A stretch of DNA of 64,000 nt from Rhizophagus irregularis (Eukaryota): NCBI RefSeq assembly GCF_026210795.1, contig NC_089429.1, positions 2,108,001 through 2,172,000 of the forward strand. Reading direction: 5' to 3'. Every line of letters starts with the position of its first letter. Positions within the stretch are counted from its first letter, which is position 1. Shown one piece after another: positions 23,762 through 35,652 of the stretch. Both the position numbers and the translations under genes were made by a program. The notes below the pieces were generated by a model, which was not told where the DNA came from, made no database searches, and was given only the letters and a program-made list of their open reading frames with translations.

Positions 23762-24022
23762 TTAGCTTCTATTGTCACTCGAATATCTATCAATTATTCT
23801 AAATTTTAAATTCAACCATTTGATCTCATTTTTATCCCAATCTGTAATACACATTCCTTCATTTTCAAACCATTATAACGCATTTCCTAACAAATGTGTC
23901 TTTGCAATCTTAAATATTCTTCTATCGTCTTTAATTCCTATCTTTGACAGATATTTTTCTACTTGATTTGTCCATTCTTTTGGATTTTCTCCTATTACAC
24001 CATAAAATATTGGTATTTCCAT
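23762..24022 (-). pseudogene. Second, miniature Gag-capsid-like ORF (86 codons) with one internal stop
   Basis: MEIPIFYGVIGENPKEWTNQVEKYL...IAKTHLLGNAL*WFENEG...WLNLKFRIIDRY parallels Gag LPLYYGGDQDPYEW...MRGEAADWYE; TAA at 23873-23875. Confidence 0.7.
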
Positions 24023-24168
24023 TTTAATCTTTTGTATTACTTCTTAAAATATATATACTTCACATTCTTTTCACGGTACAAATTTTGCCCTTTTTATAAC
24101 TTTATTTTAAACATTTCAAGGTTCTCAGACTTTAATCTCTATATTTTGACCTTTCATTCCTCTATTTC

Positions 24169-25080
24169 TTATCCTCTTATAAGATCTTCCGCTATTTCTG
24201 TTATTTCTTTCTTAGTACAACTATCTACTGATGTAATATCACAATTACTTTCGAATACTCTTTTCTTTCCTATCTTATTAACTAATAAACAAACTTTTTC
24301 TGCTTTTTCCATCATTCTTTTTAATCCTTTTCTTGTTCTTACTACATCTGTTTCCAACATTTCCTTATATATCTTTTCTCGTTCCTCTTTATCTGTTCTC
24401 CTTTTTCTATTTTTCCCTTTTCGCCTATTAATTTCTTGTTCTAATCTTTCTTCAAACCTTTTTCCTAGATAATAATGTATTTCCAATAACATCTGATTAT
24501 TCCTTCTCATTTTATGACATAATTGTAATAACGATAGTCCTCCATTCTCCTTTTCTAACATTTCTTCGTCAATATCTTCCTTCTTATGTTTTAATCTAAT
24601 CATTAAAACTTGGTAATTTTCTGATCTAACTATTTCTTCATTTTCTTCACTATCATCAGTTCCATTTTTCTCACTACTATTATCTTCTTCCTTTTCTCTA
24701 ACCTTATCATTCTTGTCATCTATTTCCATTAATTCTGATCTTTCTTCATCAGCTATTCCATCATTATTTATTTCATCTACTACTATATTATCATTATCAT
24801 TCTCATCATTACTTTTGTTATTCTCATCTTTTTCTATATTAAATTCTGACTCATCATTAACATTCCTATTTCCTGAACTATTATCACTTTCTTCTATCAT
24901 ATCTTCATCAAGTTCAATTTTTTCTTCGTTAAATATTCTTTCAGTAACTATCTCGCATGTGACAATCCAATTCTTTAGTCTCATGTCATTTTCATCATAA
25001 AATTCCACTTCAATACAATCATTTAGTTTTTCTTCAACTTTTCTCAATTCTCCTTTTGATATTTTAACTTTTAATTTCAT
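24169..25080 (-). CDS. Accessory ORF of the retroelement, unknown function
   Basis: 303 aa with an acidic low-complexity middle and a basic/helical C-terminus (RRKGKNRKRR); same strand as gag/pol. Confidence 0.75.
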   Translation of the reverse strand: MKLKVKISKGELRKVEEKLNDCIEVEFYDENDMRLKNWIVTCEIVTERIFNEEKIELDEDMIEESDNSSGNRNVNDESEFNIEKDENNKSNDENDNDNIVVDEINNDGIADEERSELMEIDDKNDKVREKEEDNSSEKNGTDDSEENEEIVRSENYQVLMIRLKHKKEDIDEEMLEKENGGLSLLQLCHKMRRNNQMLLEIHYYLGKRFEERLEQEINRRKGKNRKRRTDKEEREKIYKEMLETDVVRTRKGLKRMMEKAEKVCLLVNKIGKKRVFESNCDITSVDSCTKKEITEIAEDLIRG

Positions 25081-25834
25081 GATTTATTATTTCTTATTTA
25101 TTTATTATTTTATTAGTCAGTCGTCCCTGCCCAGGGGCAACTATATATATACTCCTAATTTGATATTTTCCTATTATTCTATTGGTTATTCATTCTTATT
25201 GTTCCATCAACCGTTCTCAGTATTTCATTAAATTCTTTATTTCTTTTATAATTCTTTATTTCTCAACTTCAATCTCCTTTTCTCTAATTATTTCTTTCGT
25301 TCTTTAATTCCTTTCTACTTTCTTTCTTAACTTTTCTCTTACTGTGCCCTATACCATTCACATGATCTGTATCACTCACGTGACTTGTATAACATTCCAA
25401 TTCTTTTACTGTGCCTTGTACTACTCACATGATCTGTATTACTCACGTGACTTGCCGCAGTATAATCTCATTTTATTCACTCACATTTGTAATCGAACTG
25501 AAGATCATAAGCCCAATTGTTCAAACACTTACCATTATACCAACAACATATAGTTGTTACATTTAAACCTTGGACTCATATTTAATTTTTATAACTCCAT
25601 TCTTACAACATCAAATATTCAACAATACTATTTCTTTTTATTTCATACTTGATACAATTCTTTTATTATACTTCTCATAATCATTAACATCATTCTTTCT
25701 TTTATTATAGCTGGATAGCCACGGATTTTTAAGCGATCAACTTACTAAAATTTCTGTTGACTAACGCCCCTGGTGACACAACTATTTTTATTCTCTTACT
25801 TGACCAGCAAGTTTCTTCAAAAATAAATTAATAT

Positions 25835-26060
25835 GAGGGTTTAACACCGCTTTACCCACAACGTACAATAATAATAATGGGGGTTTTACAGCTTTACCCG
25901 CAACTTAAAATAACAACAATGGAGGGTTTATTACAGTTTAACCCACAACTTGCAATCTAGAGGGTTTATTACAGATTTACCCACAACTTACATCTTATAA
26001 TCTCATAGTGTTTTTCAAGGTTCTCACTTAACCCTTGGGTTTATAGTTTACCCGTAACTT
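25835..26060. repeat. Five GGGTTT...TTTACCCRCAAC units in the element 5' leader
   Basis: Units begin near 25837, 25881, 25924, 25962 and 26037, with variable linkers. Confidence 0.75.
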
Positions 26061-26627
26061 TTTGCATTATTAACTTTTATTAGATTTACTTTCTTACCGT
26101 GAAATCTCAATACGGTCTTATTTTCTTTTATAGTCGATTATCGTGACTAACTTAACTCCAATAATTCTTATAGAATTATCTCCTTTTATTTCCAATAACC
26201 TATACTAGGCTTATCTCTACCTTCATATCGAAGTATGATAGTTTCTAGGTTTGTCATTAACAACTTTTCATTTCTTATTTATCAGGCTTATACATCGTCT
26301 AGTGTATTTCTTTCATTTCATGTTAGTCCTTTTTCATACTAACATACACTTCTTGTTAGTCCTTTTTCATACTAACATATACTTCTTTCAACTTCTTATA
26401 ATAAACTTCATAATTTCCTGATAAATCTCCTAATCACAAGCAATACACGCTTTGATTATCCTTCATTACTTGTACTTCTTTTATTTCTCATTGTACACTT
26501 AATAATTTTTTCTTTTTATACTCAAGTCCAGATCCTCCAGGAATACCATACAGGTACCTAACTATATGAAGATAGTCAGAATGATCATATTTCATTTCTT
26601 TTAATCTTTATTGATCATTTCCTTTCT

Positions 26628-26646
26628 CGAGAGCATTGCACCAAAT
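26628..26646 (-). promoter_or_regulatory. Primer-binding site candidate
   Basis: Minus strand ATT-TGGTGCAATGCTCTCG right after the 5' LTR; TGG complements tRNA CCA. Confidence 0.7.
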
Positions 26647-27295
26647 TGTCACCCACGTCTGCCACCCGTGGATAAACACATCTTTCTCATTTAACTTATT
26701 TCTCGTTACTTTGCTTGGTTTAGATTTTATTTTTCTTTTAACTTCTCGCTTTCTTTCTCATATATCCGTAGTATTTATTCTCAATACTACCACTCATTCA
26801 TAATATTCTCACAATATTATGTTGCCTGTAATATTTATTCTTTCAAATATTACCATCTTATTTCTTATAAACTGCGAGAGTTCTCCTAACTTCTTATATT
26901 TCATACAATAAAACGAGAATAACTCCTTTTACTTTTACTTTTCTGGACTTAATAATAATATTAATTAATTCTCAAGCGTACAATGAGCATATTCAAGATA
27001 ACTTTTAATAATTAATATTTAATTTATTAAATTTGAGTCAAAACTGACTGCGAAATTCCTAACGAATCCCACCTATATTTATACATTTTTAAGAAAACTA
27101 TTTCTACCACTTCTAACTTTTCTACTAATAAAAATTTAAGAACAATAAGAAAATAAAGATATATTATCATATGACTATCTTGTGACTAAACTAAACTAAA
27201 CTATAAATATTATTTTATCGGTTAATTATTTATCCTTGTTCCATTCGGTCTTTTATTCATCCGCTCACGTGATCATCCTGATTTCTCGGGTTACA
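26647..27295 (-). repeat. 5' LTR
   Basis: Direct repeat of 14472-15120; contains TATAAATA on the minus strand. Confidence 0.97.
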
Positions 27296-28928
27296 GCGTA
27301 TGCAAATGATTAGAAATTGACAGAGAAGTTGGCAAATTTTTTTCTGTCTTTAAGTGGGCTGAAAATATGTTATAAAGGCCTTCATTTTCTTTTGTTCCTT
27401 TCGCTTCCCTTCGTTTTTTTCATTCCTTTTCACTCCTTCATTTTTTTCGTTCCTTTTTATCCCCTTCGTTTTTTTCATCCCTTTTTCACCTCTCTTTTGC
27501 TTCTTTCATTTTTTTTACTCCACCTTTGTTTCTTTCATTACTTTTTATTCCTCTTCATTTATTTTGTTCTTCCCTTCACTTCTTTTGTTGATCTTCATTC
27601 ATTATTTTTTTCATTATATTTTGTTTCTTACTCTTCTTTTTGTTATTGCACATTCTCTTCGTTTTATTTTCATTATTTCTGTTATTTCCATAAATAAATA
27701 AATAAATAAAAATTGTTAATATTTATATTTTTAATCAATAAAACGTATCTTTAATTAATAAATTATTATTATTATCATTATAAACGTGTAAGTATTTAGT
27801 TTGCAAATAAAAATTTCATTACATTTTAAAAGTTACTTTAAAAAAAATTTTTGATATTTTGATTACAAATGATGTAATACATATTATTCTAACAAAGAGT
27901 TCGTCTGCTTCATCACGTAATGACGTAATACTTCCTTGTTTAATACTGCAAAATGCTAACTTGTGTCATTAATAAACATTTATTAACGATACTGCGCCAC
28001 AATAAATAGATTCGATTTTTATTCGATAATCGATTTAAAATCGATTCTTGTCGATTTTCGATAGATACGATTTTAATCGAATCTTTTCCAATCCCTAGCT
28101 CAATGTCCAAAGCAAAAGAAAAATTTAATTGGCAGGGAAACAGAATTATGACAATTTTTAATGATGGCAAAATAATTTTCTTTGTAAGTTCTTCATATTT
28201 TAGTTTAGTATTTTCAAAATTATGTTTGGTTTTAATGTCAAATGCAGTAAGACATTAATATTTTGCGAAGTGTTTTAAAAAATCATAATATATTATTAAC
28301 TTTATTAATTTTTAAAATAAAATTTTAATTTTTAAAAACTTTACATGTTAATTAAAAATGTTTTATTGATAGATATATTTTTACATAAATTACTGTGTTC
28401 TGAGACTTATCAAAATTACATATATTTCTTGTGATTACAAATTTAACATAACAAAATCTCAACTAGCCAAATAAATCTTTGAATTAACACAAGGATTTTG
28501 AGGTAAAGAATTTTTCCAATAAATTATATTATTTTTAGTAGATTTCTCAAATAATTTTTTTTTAATACTGTATTCAAAACTAATAAAATTTTAAACTTTA
28601 TAATATTAAATCTAATTTTTGTAATTATTTATTTATAGATATCAAGAAATTAACGCAATATTTTAATAATTTAATTATTTTCTATTATTTATTGCGTTAA
28701 TTATATCGAAAATTTTGCATAGTATGAGTAAAAATTGTAAATTCATCTATAAAGGCTACGTATAAATATTTTGTTTAATAAACGCGTATTTTTACGTATA
28801 AATTTTTCAAATATATATTTACATAATTAAATTTTATTGGCTAAAAAATTTTTGATCTTATAAATAAAAATCCGGCCATATGAAGCAATTTTCAGATATC
28901 GAGCTAAATAAGGCACATATTAATCGTG

Positions 28929-29057
28929 GGTATCGGGACATTTCGCCGAAAAATAATCTCTGGCCTGAATTATTTATAATTCTGCATAATGTTGGCCCTA
29001 TTTTTCAGCGAAACGTCCTTTCGGCGAAATGGCTTTCAGAGAAATGTACCGTAACCT
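28929..29057. mobile_element. Mini-MITE related to 44239-45121
   Basis: GGTATCGGGACATTTCGCCGAAA ... GAAATGTACCGTAACC termini match the ends of the 44.2-45.1 kb element. Confidence 0.55.
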
Positions 29058-29779
29058 TAATCGGTTATGGTACATTCGTTGAGAAAGTTGATTCATCATG
29101 ATGATCGCAATCTGACCTTTACCCTCAATTTTCATTAAAAGAACTAAAATTCAAAATTAAACATAAAAAAAATAAATATATAAGTTATTATAAATATATT
29201 TAATGTTTAGATTAATAATTTTCAAAATATACAAATAAAAATTATTAATCCAAATACTTTAATGTAGTTAAATTTATCTAAATTTTAATGATTTTCGAGG
29301 ATTTTTGAGTCAATTTTAACTTAATTTACTGAAAAAATAACTGATTAAAATAGCAACAAATTTTTTAATAAATTAATTATGGATATTCTTTTATGTTTAT
29401 AATTTTTTATTATAGATATACAGGCAGATTGTTGATTTCTGAGTACAATATTAAAATCTTTATGAATTTTTCATTTCTTAAATTTTTAATTATTTTTTTT
29501 TTCAAATTAAAAAATTGATTGAGAGACAACTAAGTAAGACAAAAAGGCTGAGATTTAATAAACACAATGTTTACACATTTAACAACTAACTTGCAAAATT
29601 TGAAAAAATTCTAATCACTGGTTTTTTATTTTTTGCTCCTTTTGTAATTCCGATTACTTTTTTCGCGAACTGTACATCCCAAACGAAGCCAACTTACCAA
29701 GAGTTAAGAAAAACAAAGGAGAGCCAAATGAAATAACCACACTAAGATTAACAAAAATAAAAAAGACAATTTTTAAGTC

Positions 29780-30460
29780 CAGTTCAGTTATTTCTAAAAA
29801 AAGAGAGAACGTTAGAGACATTCCCGAATTAAAAAAAGATGAACAAATAAAACAAAACACCAACTCGTTTTACAATTCAAAATCCTCTGGGCCAAAGTCC
29901 AAGTTGTTCCTAAAAAAAAAAAAAAGGGAATGTTAGTAACATTCCAAAACCAAAAAAAGAAATGAAACTTCACGAAAAAATCAACCCATCCATCACCTTG
30001 CAATGTCAAAGTCCATTTCGAAGTTCAAGACCGTTCCTAGAAAAAAGAAAGAGAGAGGACATTAGTAACATTCCCGAACCAAAAAAAAAGAGAAGAAATC
30101 CACGAAAAAATCAACCCACCCACTCACCTTACAATAATGTCAAAGTCCAGGTCAAAGTTCAAGGCCGTTCCTAAAAAAAGAAAGAGAGAGAGACGTTAAT
30201 AACGTTCCCAACCAAAAAAAACCCACAAAAAAAATACACCCACCCACTCACCTTGTAATGTCAAAATCCAGGTCAAAGTCCAAGACCGTTCCTAAAAAAA
30301 AGAAAGGGAGAGAAGTTGATAACGTTCCTAAACCAGAAAAAGAAATGAAAATCACGAAAAAAAAAACTCACCTTGCAATGTCAAAGTCTAGGTCCAAGGC
30401 CATTCCTAAAAAAAAGAAAGAAAGGGAACGTTAGTAATGTTCCCAAACCAGAAAAACAAA
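29780..30460. repeat. Degenerate ~120-bp tandem array
   Basis: Recurring GTTCCTAAAAAAAGAAAGAGAG...GTTAGTAACATTCC...CTCACCTTGCAATGTCAAAGTCC. Confidence 0.7.
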
Positions 30461-31437
30461 GGAACGCGTTGCCGGCGTTGGTATGGTATTGTAAAATAAA
30501 TGATTACGTAATACTATGAATTAATATTACATGATGTGGTGTTCGAGTTCGTTTTATAATTTTCGATTTGAAATCAATTTTATTAACCTTTATCGAGATA
30601 AAAAATAAAATCCTTTGATAATTATTATTAATCAATTTTACCATTGAAAAAAATTTTTTATGGATTATAACAACTCCCCTGCTCTTACAAGCGAACCGCC
30701 ATAAAATGAGAAATTCTTAGATAATTACTGATTTAATTATTAATTAATAATCAAAAAATTTTAACAAATAATTAATATAATTGTTTTTAATCATAAAAAA
30801 ATTAAACTTTTATAGTTTGCTAAAATTGACTATCATCAAAAAAATAATTTACCTTTAATACTGATTTAAAATCACCATCCAACATTTTTTGCAAAGAAAA
30901 TGTCAGGCGGGTGGTTGTAACTCGTAAGGCAAGTATTGAAATGTAGTTCTTGGCCGATATCCTTTTTAGGATGCCTGATCCCCATGGTAATTTCGGTGTG
31001 TTTTTTCTTTTTTTTTTGTATGATGTAAGATTTTTATATTATAGTTTAAGATAATTAAATAATTTAAAATAAATATTAAAAAGGAAAATCGTTTTTTTAA
31101 AAAGCATATTTTCATTTGAGATTTCCTCATATATATGTACAACAAAAAAATAAATGTTGATCATTACTCAATTAATTTATAAAAAAGATTTTTTTTAGGC
31201 GAAATATTAAGTACAGCCATGCATATTTATTCATGTGTTACAAAATAAAAAAGCTCAATTAACCTTTTATGATAAAAAAAATTTTTTTTTTTATGCAATA
31301 GGAAATATTACGTACAGCCATGCATGTTTGCACATGTGTTTCAAAATAAAAATAAAAAAAAAAGTATATAAATAAATGGACGAGGTAAAAAAATAATTTA
31401 TTGGATATAAATTTATATATTTATAAGCGATTACCAG

Positions 31438-34400
31438 ATGGATGACATTTCAGTAAAAATTAACGATGATGCTAACAAAATCGAAATCGAAGTTGATAAA
31501 ATTGATGTTGATAAAATAGATTTTGATGAAATCGAAGTTGATAAAAATGATGTTCATAAAAATAATGATGAAATATTTACCTTCGATAATAAACTACATA
31601 ATGGTAACCCTATTACTAGGATAGAAATATCAACAAATGAAGACTACCTTATTACTTATAGTAAAGAAGATGGTTCAATTGTCGGTTGGAATGTTGAAGA
31701 TATAGATAAGGTTCAACTTAAATTTGATCAAACTGTTAAAATTAATGAAAGTATCTATAGTTTATGTGTTTCTGATGAGAAATTTATTTTTAATAATAAA
31801 AATGGTACTCATAATGGTAAGTAATATTATGTAATTATAAACTTATGATAATTGATATTTATTTTAATATTTTTTTTAGTACTCGATATGAATAATAAAG
31901 ACAAAAGAATTGCATTAAGTTTTGATGTAGTTAATCCAAACTATTGTACCTTTAATTTAAAAGGTGAATTTATTATATATAATAATAAGTTTTACGAACA
32001 TAGTACATTTGGAAAACATAAAATTATTTGGATTTATTCCACACAAACTAAAAATAACAAATGGGAATGTAAGAGATTTTACAGGATACCTGTAGATTAT
32101 GAATTAATTAGTATATCAAAATATGATAAAGTTTACCTGTTTTCAAATTATTACATTTATGAATGGGATATTAATACTGAGAAAAGTGTAAAAATATTTG
32201 GTAATAATAAGGATAAGAATAAGGTAATGAATACAATAAAATTATTTTCCGACCAATCAAATGTTAAATTACAATTAAATATATTAAATACTATTTATTA
32301 TTTTTTTTTAGTTTAAAACAAAAAATATAGGAATATTCAGTAATGAAAAGTTTATCTTTCTAAAAATCAATTATAAAATCATTGTTTATTCAAATGAATT
32401 GGGAATTCCTATTGCTTCGTTGGATATAAATAATGGTAACATTTTTAAAAAAATTTATTTATACTTTAATTATTAATCATATTAAATCATTAATTTTTTT
32501 ATTTAGATATTCAACTATATAAATTTATGAATCATACTGGTTCATTTCTTTTACCTTCTTTATTCTATTATACACCAGATAAAGAAATCAAATATTGCTG
32601 GAATAGTAAATACAAAAATATGTTTAATCAAACTTTATTTGATGAACCAATTGATAAACAAACAGGGTTTGTATTTGGAATTCAAAATAGGCATGTTTGG
32701 AAATCTAAACTTGATGAAAAGATGTCAAAACTGAACTTACCATCCAAAAATTCTGATGAATTAAATAAAGAAAATAATAAAATTATTGAATGTGATGATG
32801 ATGATAAATACTTAAATGTTCCTTCATTTAATCTATATATGGATGCTGTGTCTACATTATTGCAAAAAATCACAACAAATGGAGAATCAGCTGAATATAA
32901 AATTTTCAATGAATTAACTGAATCAACTGAGCATTTAATTAAATGGAATATACGTATTGGTGATAGTAAAATTAACCTGGAAGTTTTCAAAAAAGGAAAA
33001 TTAATTAACATGAGAATTGAGAATTTTCATTATCCTTATAAAGCTCATATTAATGATAATATCAGCAATTTTCATTATTTAATTGCAAGTTCATTATTTA
33101 ATAACAATGATATTGTTATATTGACAACATTTGGTATTCTTTTTTATACTTTTAATGAAAATAACAATTCTATTTCTTTAAACTATTTTTATTTTATAAA
33201 ATTCAATAATGTTGACTTTTTAATTTATAATATTAGAGGAAAATATATGGAAATGCTTCAACATTTCAAAAGAATACTTTCAAAATCTACCTTATCATTA
33301 CCAAATAATGATAGTTTTAGATTAAATGGATGGGTTTCACATGTAATGAATAATAAGTCAATTCTTTTGAAATATGGAATCAATTTATTAACATTTGCAA
33401 TTAAAGAACATAAGTTAGAATTAATTGATAATATTTATAAAAAATGTATGACTTATTTTAAAGATGATTTAATGAACAATAAGTCATTTTTAAGCATTAT
33501 CATTTCTGCAATGCCATTACTAAATGAATATTATCCAGAATATATTCTAAAATATTCATTAGAAACGAATATGATCATAGACTCTTCTTTTTATAGTATA
33601 AAGCATCAAAATAGAAATTTACATCTTTATTCTTTTTCTCAAGCTCCTCAAATAGCTAATTTATCTCAATCTCTTTTATGGTCAAAATACCATCATAAAT
33701 TTTATTGGACAATTTATGGTAGTGAACTATTATTGATGAAATTTATAACATTAATTATATACTTTATTCAAGTTTTAATAATACTTTTAACTTTACCCCT
33801 TTATTTGGCTACATTTTATATTTTATCAGAATACAATTTTATTAATAATGTTTACACTTCAGATGCATTTTCTCATGTTTATTTCTTTGCTGAACAAATT
33901 ATTTTTTATATTTTTAAAAAAAACATGACAACAACACCAATAATTACTTTTATTATTCCTTATATTAATTTTGTTAATTATTCAAAAGATTATAATTGGT
34001 TTTTAGAATTAATTAGACCTCAACCTAGTCCATTTACTCAAACAATAAATAGAAATATCTATAAAACATGGAATGGAGAAGCACTAGTTAATTTTAAATG
34101 GAATGCTTATGGAAAATATTATTATGCAATGATTTGGATTTTATTTATGGTTTTACTTGGATGCTTTACTGCTGCTGCAACAATTTCTCAGCAATATATC
34201 AGTGAAGAAGTTAGACAACAACTTTTTATTGTTTCAATTATACTTGGATTTATTCATCTGATTTTTGAAATTCGTCAATTTTTTTATAATATTATTAAGT
34301 GGTTCTATAATTTTTGGAATATCTTTGGTAAATATAAATGTTTAATTTAATTATTTTTATAATATTTTAAGAGAATGAAATTAATTAATATTTTAATAAT

Positions 34401-35652
34401 ATTTCAGATATAATTGCTTATGTACTTTCAATTTACACTTCTATTTATTGGCTTCAAACAAATGATAAGAACAATAATTATCTAATTCAATTGCTTTCTT
34501 TTTCATGCTTATTTTTGGATATAAAGTTTTTGTTATTTTTTAGAGCATTTGATTATTTTGGTGTATATTTTGCAATTATTATTAGTGTTGGTAAAAAGAT
34601 TTTTTCTTTTTTAGTAGTCTTATTCATTATTATAATAAGTTTTGCACACGCATTTTATATTTTATTATTACCAAGATCAGAATTTTCACTTGAACATAAT
34701 ACAAATAATGACGATCCAAATAATCCTTGGAATTTAGCTTCTAGTTATAGTGATGGAAATATAAACTTTAAACCATTGATGATACAAATTCCTGATAAAA
34801 ATACAAACATGTTTATAGATATCAGAACTTCTCTTTTCGCTATATATTTATTTTTAATAGGTATATTTAAATTTTTATAATTATATAAATATACATAAAT
34901 GTTTTTCTAATAATTTTAAGCAATTCTTTTATCAATAGGTGATTCAAGTGCATTATCCAATTGGCAATATGCAGATAATCCATCAATGGCAATATTGATT
35001 GTTTTATTTTCCCTCTTAATTGTTGTATATCTTATGAATTTGTTAATTGGGTTACTCAATAATGCAATTGAAGAAGATAATAATAGAGTATCATACTTGT
35101 TACAGAAGGCAGAGGTAAATAATACTAATATTAATCATTCCATCTCAGTAAATATACTAATATATCTCAATTTTTATTTTTTAGATTTTGGCAGAGATTG
35201 AGTTATTTTACCTATTACCACATCAGAGACGTTGGAATACATGGTTTCCTGAAGTAATGTATGTAATTTTACTTTTTTTTTAAAAAAAATCTAATGTTGT
35301 GATTTTATTAATTATTTAAATTTATTTTTCAAGACATTATTATGCTGATGCTGATAAGGCTCGAATGGAAATTAAAAGATTGATTGAAAAGAATGAATGG
35401 GATACTAAGGAATTCACAGATTTGCGAAAAAATTTATTAAAAGTGCTTGAAATTAAACATAAACATATTGACAATGAGGTAATATTGAAGAAATTAGAAA
35501 AATTAGAAGATTTAGAAAAAACTTATGATAAGAGATTCGAAAAGTTAGAGAAGTTAGAAAAATTAGAGAAATTAGAAAAATTAGAGAAGTTAGAAAAATT
35601 AGAGAAATTAGAAAAATTAGAGAAATTATTGGAAGAAATACATGCAAAATAG
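31438..35652 (+). CDS. TRP-like ion channel (ion-transport domain), 8 exons
   Basis: Spliced frame stays open across GT-AG introns (donors ~31818, 32224, 32436, 34329, 34861, 35115, 35239). Motifs ALVNFKWNAYG, FLLFFRAF, YLMNLLIGLLNNAI, QKAEILAEIELFYLLP; C-terminal (EKL)n. Confidence 0.88.

Larger units (their letters stand above)
14472..27295 (-). mobile_element. Full-length 12.8-kb Ty3/Gypsy-type LTR retrotransposon with split pol and accessory ORFs
   Basis: Two 649-bp LTRs (TG...CA), 4-bp TSD GCGT (14468-14471, 27296-27299), domain order Gag-PR-RT-RH-(kinase)-INT. Confidence 0.97.
13609..28097. mobile_element. Non-autonomous hAT element (~1.66 kb) hosting the LTR retroelement
   Basis: TIRs TAGGGATTGGAA (13609) / TTCCAATCCCTA (28097); perfect 8-bp TSD GCTCAATG (13601-13608, 28098-28105); AATCGAT subterminal repeats. 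Confidence 0.9.

Noticed and set aside
15465..25000. Numerous plus-strand ORFs antisense to gag/pol
   Set aside because: Shadow frames of purine-rich coding sequence; no motifs
24169..25080. env-like gene
   Set aside because: Lies upstream of gag and has no signal peptide or transmembrane segment
25835..26060. CRISPR-like repeat-spacer look
   Set aside because: Repeats are degenerate, linkers are short and irregular, no cas genes, eukaryotic retroelement context
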